A stretch of 64,000 nucleotides of DNA, taken from positions 19,138 through 83,137 of the forward strand of contig CAVYQX010000010.1 of NCBI GenBank assembly GCA_963770715.1, written 5' to 3'. This DNA is from an uncultured Gaiellaceae bacterium. Its GTDB lineage: Bacteria; Actinomycetota; Thermoleophilia; Gaiellales; Gaiellaceae. Made by a program: the position numbers and the translations under genes. How positions within the stretch are numbered: the stretch's first letter is position 1; each line of letters opens with the position of its first letter. Positions 57,879 through 64,000 of this stretch are shown here, piece by piece. The notes below the pieces were generated by a model that was given only the letters and a program-made list of their open reading frames with translations, was not told where the DNA came from and did not search any database.

Positions 57879-58588
57879 GGCCGGTCATCGGGATCACGTC
57901 CTACGCCCAGGAGGCGAGCTGGGGGGTCTGGAGACTCCCCGCGGCGCTCGTGCCGCTCGCGTACGTGGATTCGATCGAGCGCGCCGGTGGGCGTGCCGTC
58001 GTCATCCCGCCGGTCGAGGAGGACGTCGAGGAGACGCTCGACGCGCTCGACGGCATCGTCTTCTCGGGAGGTGTGGACGTCGATCCTGCGCACTACGGCG
58101 CGGAGGCGCATCCCGAGACGGACGTACCGCAGACGCGGCGCGACGCGGGTGAGATGGCTCTCCTGCGCGCTGCGCTCGAGCGCGACCTGCCGACGCTCGC
58201 GATCTGCCGTGGGTTCCAGCTCCTGAACGTCGCGCGCGGGGGAGACCTGATCCAGCACCTTCCCGAAAAGGTGGCCAACGACGTGCACAAGCAGGTGCCG
58301 GGCGAGTTCGCCGTGCATCCGGTCGAGGTGAAGGAGGGCTCACGGCTCGGGACGATCGTCGGGTCGACCCGCGACGTCACCTCGCATCACCACCAGGCGC
58401 TCGGTCGCGTCGGCGACGGTCTGGTCGAGTGCGCATGGGCTGCCGACGGCACGCTCGAGGCGGTCGAAGATCCCTCGCGCCGATTCCTCGTCGGCGTCCA
58501 GTGGCACCCGGAGGCCAGCGAGGACGCAGCGCTGTTCGAGGCGCTCGTGGAGCAGGCACGCGAGTATCGGTCGGCTGGGACTCAGTAG
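57875..58588 (+). CDS. Gamma-glutamyl-GABA hydrolase-like class I glutamine amidotransferase (peptidase C26, PuuD-like)
   Basis: TTG 57875. RPVIGITSYAQEASWGVW...GIVFSGGVDVDP...LAICRGFQLLNVARGG...HHQA...GVQWHPE. Confidence 0.8.
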   Translation: MRPVIGITSYAQEASWGVWRLPAALVPLAYVDSIERAGGRAVVIPPVEEDVEETLDALDGIVFSGGVDVDPAHYGAEAHPETDVPQTRRDAGEMALLRAALERDLPTLAICRGFQLLNVARGGDLIQHLPEKVANDVHKQVPGEFAVHPVEVKEGSRLGTIVGSTRDVTSHHHQALGRVGDGLVECAWAADGTLEAVEDPSRRFLVGVQWHPEASEDAALFEALVEQAREYRSAGTQ

Positions 58589-58616
58589 GCTCCTCGCCCC
58601 ACGTGAAAGGGAACCG

Positions 58617-58814
58617 GTGACTTACTACTACGTCGGATTCGGCGTGATCTACCTCGCCCTGTCGGTCGTCTTCATCGCCGACGTGCTTCGCCAGCCCGCG
58701 ACGGCGCTCTCCGGGGCGGGCAAGGCCCTGTGGATCGTCGCTCTGCTCCTGGTTCCGGTATTCGCCTGGGTGATCTACGGCACCTGGCGGATGCGTCAGG
58801 GCCGCGGCCTGTAG
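58617..58814 (+). CDS. PLD-nuclease-N-terminal-domain (PLDc_N) small membrane protein
   Basis: ORF 65 aa: ...FIADVLRQP...KALWIVALLLVPVFAWVIYGTW. Confidence 0.6.
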   Translation: MTYYYVGFGVIYLALSVVFIADVLRQPATALSGAGKALWIVALLLVPVFAWVIYGTWRMRQGRGL

Positions 58815-58839
58815 TCCCGAAGGTGTTTGAATCCGGGCC

Positions 58840-60193
58840 GTGACGCTGACGGTCCTCAATCCTGCGACGGAGGAGCCGATCGCCGAGCTCGAGCAGGCCG
58901 GCGTGGACGAGACGGACGAGGCGGTCGCGCGAGCGAAAGAGGCGTTTCCCGCCTGGCGCGCCGTTGCTCCTGCCGACCGCGCACGACTCCTGCGCCGCGT
59001 CGCGACGCTCGTCGAGGAGAACGTCGAGGAGCTCGCACAGATCGAGTCGCGTAACGTCGGCAAGCCGATCGCGGGCGCGCGCGGCGAGATCGGGATGGTC
59101 GCGCAGGTCTTCCACTTCTACGCCGGCGCGGTCGACAAGCACGGCGGCGCGACGATCCCCGTCGCGGGCGGCGTCGCCGCGACGTTCCGCGAGCCGCTCG
59201 GCGTCGTCGGGCTCATCGTGCCGTGGAACTTCCCGGCCAACATCGCGAGCTGGAAGCTCGGGCCTGCACTGGCCTGCGGGAACACCGTCGTCCTGAAGCC
59301 TGCGGAGCTGACGCCGCTCTCCGCTCTCCGGCTCGGCGAGCTCTGCCTCGAGGCCGGCATCCCGGAGGGCGTGGTGAAGGTGCTCGCCGGCAAGGGCTCG
59401 GTCGTGGGACAGCGACTCATCGAGCACCCCGACGTCGCGAAGATCGCGTTCACCGGGTCGACGGAGGTCGGACGGCTCGTCATGCAGGGAGCAGCCGGGA
59501 CGATCAAGCGCGTCACGCTCGAGCTCGGAGGGAAGTCGGCGAACGTGATCTTCGAGGACGCCGACCTCGAGAAAGCCGCAGCCGCTGCGCCGTACTCCGT
59601 CTTCGACAACGCCGGCCAGGACTGCTGCGCGCGGTCGCGGTCCTCGTGCAGAGGTCGGTGTACGACCGCTTTCCTCGAGCTGCTCGTGGACGCGACGCGC
59701 GGCGTCAACGTCGGCGACCCGACGGATGACGCGACCGAGATGGGTCCGCTCGTTTCGGCGCCGCATCGCGAGACCGTCGCGTCCTTCGTCGAGGGCGAGC
59801 CCACCTTCCGTGGCGACGTGCCTGACGGTGCCTGGCTTCTGGTACCCGTGCACGCTCGTCGAGGCGACGAACGAGGATCGCGTCGCGCGCGAAGAGGTCT
59901 TCGGGCCCGTGGCGGCAGTCATCCCCTTCGAGGACGAGGCCGACGCGATCCGTATCTCCAACGACACGCCGTACGGGCTGTCGGGCTCGATCTGGACGCA
60001 CGACGGCGCTCGGGCGATCCGGGTCGCGCGCGCGACGGACGCGGGTGTGCTGTCGGTGAACGCGAACACCTCGGTGCGCGTGCAGACGCCGTTCGGAGGG
60101 TTCAAGCAGTCGGGGTTCGGCCGCGAGCTCGGGATGCATGCGCTCGAGGGCTACTCCGAGGTCAAGAGCGTCTTCATCTCGACGGAGGGCTAG
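58840..60193 (+). pseudogene. NAD-dependent aldehyde dehydrogenase; about three frame breaks (~59635, ~59665, ~59830)
   Basis: ORF 58840.. (LIVPWNFPANIASWKLGPALACGNTVVLKPAELTP...VTLELGGKSANVIF...DNAGQDCCA), then FLELLVDATRGVNVGDP...; C-terminus in ORF 59726..60193 (EEVFGPVAAVIPFEDEADAIRISNDTPYGLSGSIWT...FGGFKQSGFGRE). Confidence 0.85.
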
Positions 60194-60358
60194 CGCCTCC
60201 TCCCGCACCAGTTAGGGCGATTCTGGCGCGCGATCTGCGGCGCCCCGCGGCGTCCTCGGTCGCGCCCATGTCGTCTGACATGAGCGCTCCCTGCGTCCTT
60301 GCGGATCTTGCATCTGGCACGCCAGAATCGCGAAACCGATACGGGAGGAGGCGCTGCC

Positions 60359-61129
60359 ATGGGAAGACTCGACGGGAAGGTGTGCGTCATCACGGGCGCC
60401 GGTGGCGGCATGGGGCGCGAGGCCGCGATCGTGTTCACGCGAGAGGGAGCGAAGGTCTGCGTCGCGGACCTCGACGAGGAGCTCGCCGACGAGACCGTCG
60501 CAGAGTGCTCTGGGGACGCTTTCGCGCTGCGCGTCAACGTCGCCGACGAGGACGACGTCCGGCATCTCTACGCCGCGACGGCTCAGCGGTACGGCGGCAT
60601 CGACGTCCTCTACAACAACGCGGGCATCTCCCCGGCCGACGACGCATCCGTCCTCGACACGTCGGTCGAGGCGTGGCAACGCGTGCAGGACGTGAACACG
60701 AAGGGCGTGTTCCTCTGCTGCAAGCACGGGATTCCGTACCTGCTCGAGCGGGGCGGTGGCTCCGTCATCAACGTCGCCTCGTTCGTGGCGATCCTCGGGG
60801 CCGCGACGTCGCAGATCTCCTACACCGCGTCCAAGGGCGCGGTGCTCGCGATGTCGAAGGAGCTCGGTGTGCAGTTCGCACGCGACGGAGTCCGCGTGAA
60901 CGCGCTCTGCCCGGGGCCAGTGGAGACGCCGCTCCTGCTCGCGATCTACGGCGACGACCCGGCAGCCTTCAAGCGGCGGCAGGTGCACTGGCCGACCGGA
61001 CGCCTCGGCAAGCCCAGGGAGATCGTCGACGCCGCGCTCTTCCTCGCGAGCGACGAGTCGTCGTTCGTGAACGCGTCCGCGTTCGTCGTCGACGGCGGCC
61101 TGACCGCCGCCTATGTCACGCCGGAATGA
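60359..61129 (+). CDS. Short-chain dehydrogenase/reductase (SDR)
   Basis: ORF 60299..61129; start MGRLDGKVCVITGAGGGMGREAA...YNNAGI...SYTASKGAV... Confidence 0.85.
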   Translation: MGRLDGKVCVITGAGGGMGREAAIVFTREGAKVCVADLDEELADETVAECSGDAFALRVNVADEDDVRHLYAATAQRYGGIDVLYNNAGISPADDASVLDTSVEAWQRVQDVNTKGVFLCCKHGIPYLLERGGGSVINVASFVAILGAATSQISYTASKGAVLAMSKELGVQFARDGVRVNALCPGPVETPLLLAIYGDDPAAFKRRQVHWPTGRLGKPREIVDAALFLASDESSFVNASAFVVDGGLTAAYVTPE

Positions 61130-61162
61130 GGCCGTAGGGGCGAGGCTTGCCTCGCCCTCGAA

Positions 61163-61615
61163 TCACACGCCGACGACCTGGACGAGCCAGCGACGATCGC
61201 GCTCGCGATCGAGCTCGAGGAACAGCACGCGTTGCCACTGCCCGAGGCAGAGCTCGCCTTCGCGCACGGGGATCGACTCGCCCGCGGGGCCGAGGAGCAT
61301 GGACATGCAGTGCGAGTGGCCGTTGCCGACCTCCATGTCCTCCTCGCAGACGTTCTCGGTGCGGCGGTCCCAATCGTCGTGCGCGTAGTAGTGCTCCGTC
61401 GGCACGAGGCGCTTCAGCAGGACCGCGAAGTCTTCGAGAAAGCCGCGCTCCCACTCGTTCACGCGCACCGAGCACGTCGTGTGCGGCGAGTACACGGAGC
61501 AGACCCCGTCGAGGATCCCGCTCTGGCGTACCGCCTCCTGCACGTCCTCCGTGATGTCCGTGACGGTCAAGCCGCCGGCCGTGCGGAGCTGGTGCTCGAG
61601 CTGGAACGTCTTCAC
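61163..61615 (-). CDS. YjbQ/UPF0047 family protein (secondary thiamine-phosphate synthase-like)
   Basis: ORF 150 aa: ...TDITEDVQEAVRQSGILDGVCSVYSPHTTCSVRVNEWE...GHSHCMSMLLGP...LGQWQRVLFLELD. Confidence 0.8.
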   Translation of the reverse strand: MKTFQLEHQLRTAGGLTVTDITEDVQEAVRQSGILDGVCSVYSPHTTCSVRVNEWERGFLEDFAVLLKRLVPTEHYYAHDDWDRRTENVCEEDMEVGNGHSHCMSMLLGPAGESIPVREGELCLGQWQRVLFLELDRERDRRWLVQVVGV

Positions 61616-61682
61616 TACGCGAACATTCTGTCAGTCGCGCGGCAGGCTGCAGCGCGGAACCGTCCGTTACCCTCCGCCGCGC

Positions 61683-61756
61683 GGGCCCGTAGCTCAGCTG
61701 GTCAGAGCAGCCGACTCATAATCGGTTGGTCCCTGGTTCGAGTCCAGGCGGGCCCA
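61683..61756 (+). tRNA. tRNA-Met (anticodon CAT; elongator-type or Ile2-type cannot be distinguished), no encoded CCA
   Basis: GGGCCCG TA GCTC AGCTGGTCA GAGC A GCCGA CTCATAA TCGGT TGGTC CCTGG TTCGAGT CCAGG CGGGCCC A. All four arms pair. Confidence 0.9.
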
Positions 61757-62447
61757 TTTCAAGCCCTGTGGTAGAGCCAAATACGCATGGTTGATGCGGG
61801 ACGGGTGTGTCGGCCAAGTCGGTTTCGGCCGTCGCGTGCCTACCTGGGTGCCTACCTGGCTCGAGGTGCTCGAGCTCGGGGATCGGCCGGGACTGAAAAC
61901 GTTCAATTCGGACCGAAACGTCTGCGATCTCGAGTCTCCTCGAGGAAGCATCTCGATCGTCGCCGACGTAGTGCTCGAGCACCGTCTCGAGACGGTCTTC
62001 GGGACCCTGGAGCCCGAGCTCGCCGGCGGCGAACTCGCCGCTCAGTCTGCGTCCCGCGCCGACAACCAGGACTCGTCGTACAAACCGCGGAGAAGACCAG
62101 CGGGTGACGACTTGTCGCCAGGGAGGCTGACCAGGCCGCCGCCGATGGGCGTCCAGGCTCACGCCGTAGGAGAGCGCGAGCGTGATTATGAGCCGGCCGA
62201 GGTAGGCCAGCTTGTGCCCAGGTTTCAGCGCGGCCACGACCTCGAGCGGCACGGAGAACTCGTCGCCCCAGCGTGCCTCCACTGCCTCCTCGAGCTCCTC
62301 GTCGTACCAATGCAGGTCGTCCCTGGTGGCCTCGAGAAGGAGTCGGAGCGCCACCTCCATGTCGGGGAAGCGGCCGTCCCACTCGCCCCACGGGACCGCT
62401 CCCCGGATCGCCCGGAAGGCGGCCGGCAAGTCCCAGTCCTCCCTCAT
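61716..62447 (-). CDS. Hypothetical protein (only the N-terminal ~110-190 aa look genuine; the listed 3' end runs antisense through tRNA-Met and is not credible)
   Basis: MREDWDLPAAFRAIRGAVPWGEWDGRFPDMEVALRLLLEATRDDLHWYDEELEEAVEARWGDEFSVPLEVV... Confidence 0.3.
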   Translation of the reverse strand: MREDWDLPAAFRAIRGAVPWGEWDGRFPDMEVALRLLLEATRDDLHWYDEELEEAVEARWGDEFSVPLEVVAALKPGHKLAYLGRLIITLALSYGVSLDAHRRRPGQPPWRQVVTRWSSPRFVRRVLVVGAGRRLSGEFAAGELGLQGPEDRLETVLEHYVGDDRDASSRRLEIADVSVRIERFQSRPIPELEHLEPGRHPGRHATAETDLADTPVPHQPCVFGSTTGLEMGPPGLEPGTNRL

Positions 62448-62753
62448 GCTGACTCCCCGTCGTCGTCGATGCGAAGGTCGTATATCCGACGACGGATACG
62501 CGCGGAGCTAGCCTCGCGTGCGAGCCTTCGGGCGCTCGTCCCACTCGTCGCCCCACTCGGCTTGCTGGGCTTGAAGACCAACTTCTGCGTCGTGCTCCAC
62601 TATGGCGCGCGCGAGATCCTCGACGGCCTCAGCCTCCAGGGTCAACCGCTCCGCGGGTTCTCCTCCAGCATGCGGTCGTAGAGGGCTTCAGCCGCGTCAC
62701 GAGAGAGCTCGATACGGGATTCGAATTCGGCCGCCCGTCAGGCGGAACGTCAC

Positions 62754-62778
62754 GCGGGTTCGATTGCCGCCGCCTCCA
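62754..62778 (+). repeat. att-like block (c): GCGGGTTCGATTGCCGCCGCCTCCA preceded by hairpin GCCGCC-cgtca-GGCGG
   Basis: Third copy of the T-arm/acceptor-like string. The upstream ATACGGGATTCGAA..TCGGCCG also matches REP-X copy 3. Confidence 0.6.
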
Positions 62779-63057
62779 CTCAAGTCGCGGCCTGGTTCAG
62801 CTCGGACGCGCGTTCGGGTTGTCGAGGAGAACGATGAGAATTCTGCGGGCCTCGAAGCTGCCGGACCCGCAGAGGATGCCGTCGCCGTGCGTGTCGATCT
62901 CACGAAGCCACGGCAAGAGGCGAGCCGGTTTGCCGATCGCCATCCGGACGAAAGCTGACCTTCCGCGAGAAACGAAGTCAACGGGAAGCGCCTTGGACCG
63001 ACGAGCTGCATCGACGCCGGCGATCTCGGACACGGGCGCACCTCTCGAAGCGCGCTC

Positions 63058-64000
63058 CTAGCCGCGCGGACCCTCGACTCTCGCGATCCAGTAGTCACCC
63101 GACTCCGCGAGGCGGTCACAGATGTAGTCGCACTCCTGGGTGCGCCCGAAGGCGATCGCACCGACCGGCGGGATCCCTCCGTCCGGAAGCCGAACGACAC
63201 GCGACTGATCGATCCCCTGCTCGAGCGCGTACCAGCGCGCGAGCCCGAGCGGCTCGAGGTCGTCGTAGTCGACGTACGCTGTCCCGTCGCTCGCCCAGGC
63301 CAACGTAAGTAGGTCCGGGATGCCTGCCTCGAACCTCCCCGTGCGGAGCGGCCCCTCGGTTCGGTACGTGTCGACGAAGAGCGCGAGCTGAAAGGCGGCG
63401 AGCGCGGCGAGGACGACTGCGAGCACGCGAGCCCAGCGCGCTCTGGTCACGGCATCCCTCAGGGCTGTCAGCGCCGGAATCGCGACGACGACGAGCATGA
63501 TCGCGAACGGCGCGAGCCGGACCGCGTGGTGTCGATCGATCGTCACCGCCGCCGGGATCGGCGACACGAGTAACGCTGCCAGCGCGTAGCGCCAGAAGGG
63601 GTCGTCGCGGTAACCCAGCAGGATGAGCACGAGGCCGGCGACCGAGAGCGCGACCGAGACGCCGAGCAACGCGCTCGTTCCAGGCGTGTGGGCGTACGGC
63701 TTGATGTCGCCCGACACGACGTAATGCCAGAGCTGGAGGTCCTGTAGGTAGTTCACGGTGCCGCGCCAGGCGACCTCCCAGAAGGACATGTCGTCGGTGA
63801 CGAAGGTCGTCGCCTCGTAGCGGCGCGAGAGCGCCCCAGGATGGGCGCGGATGTATAGGAGAAGGGGTACCTGGGTCAGCGCGAATCCGAGCCATACCGT
63901 GACGACCCACTTCCAACGCCGATGCCCGACCACGGCCAGGGCGGCGCCGAGGAGCGGTGCGAGTAGCCGTCCGCCGGCGTACACATAGGTGAGGGCGCCG
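63058..64000 (-). CDS. Glycosyltransferase family 39 / ArnT-like membrane protein, C-terminal part (5' end lies beyond the window)
   Basis: ORF 63058..63984 stays open to the window edge. It has multi-TM LLAPLLGAALAVVGH...WLGFALTQVPLLLYI... plus a soluble C-terminal domain. Confidence 0.5.
   Translation of the reverse strand, partial: GALTYVYAGGRLLAPLLGAALAVVGHRRWKWVVTVWLGFALTQVPLLLYIRAHPGALSRRYEATTFVTDDMSFWEVAWRGTVNYLQDLQLWHYVVSGDIKPYAHTPGTSALLGVSVALSVAGLVLILLGYRDDPFWRYALAALLVSPIPAAVTIDRHHAVRLAPFAIMLVVVAIPALTALRDAVTRARWARVLAVVLAALAAFQLALFVDTYRTEGPLRTGRFEAGIPDLLTLAWASDGTAYVDYDDLEPLGLARWYALEQGIDQSRVVRLPDGGIPPVGAIAFGRTQECDYICDRLAESGDYWIARVEGPRG

Noticed and set aside
62797-63033. 78-aa minus-strand ORF (…PWLREIDTHGDGILCGSGSFEARRILIVLLDNP)
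   Set aside because: It looks vaguely protein-like but has no recognisable motif and no RBS. It may be a gene remnant, and there is not enough support to call it.

Overview
Very GC-rich, Actinobacteria-like chromosomal window with about 80 recognisable genes. It has three parts.

(1) 0.2-22.3 kb: membrane, transport and stress genes. These include alkaline-phosphatase-family, UPF0104, DUF1254/DUF1214 x2, AI-2E, a K+ channel, YihY, an arylsulfatase with its FGE maturase, a LuxR/LAL regulator flanked by two CMD genes, and DedA.

(2) 22.3-35.3 kb: a mosaic of integrated-element remnants. It holds small phage/plasmid-like ORFs, a tyrosine integrase, half a tRNA, three copies of a ~125-bp repeat, tmRNA/tRNA-3'-end-like att repeats, and an IS982-like element with a decayed transposase.

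(3) 35.3-64 kb: housekeeping and catabolic genes. These include lepB, an adenylate cyclase, a K+/H+ antiporter, a Nudix regulator, two quinone oxidoreductases, a MoxR-DUF58-VWA (Bat-like) operon, an MFS transporter, a Puu-like polyamine cluster and tRNA-Met.

Two signals stand out:
- Three tandem ~101-nt structured RNA-like elements lie in the 870-bp leader of the MFS transporter. They show compensatory base changes, and one is followed by an intrinsic terminator.
- A dyad motif TCATCC-N5-GKATGA recurs upstream of at least five genes, including the divergent promoter of the LuxR regulator.

About half of the genes carry single-nucleotide frameshifts and several are cleanly truncated. From sequence alone I cannot tell sequencing error from genome decay. 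No CRISPR array and no rRNA were seen. All coordinates of frame breaks and of many start codons are approximate hand calls.
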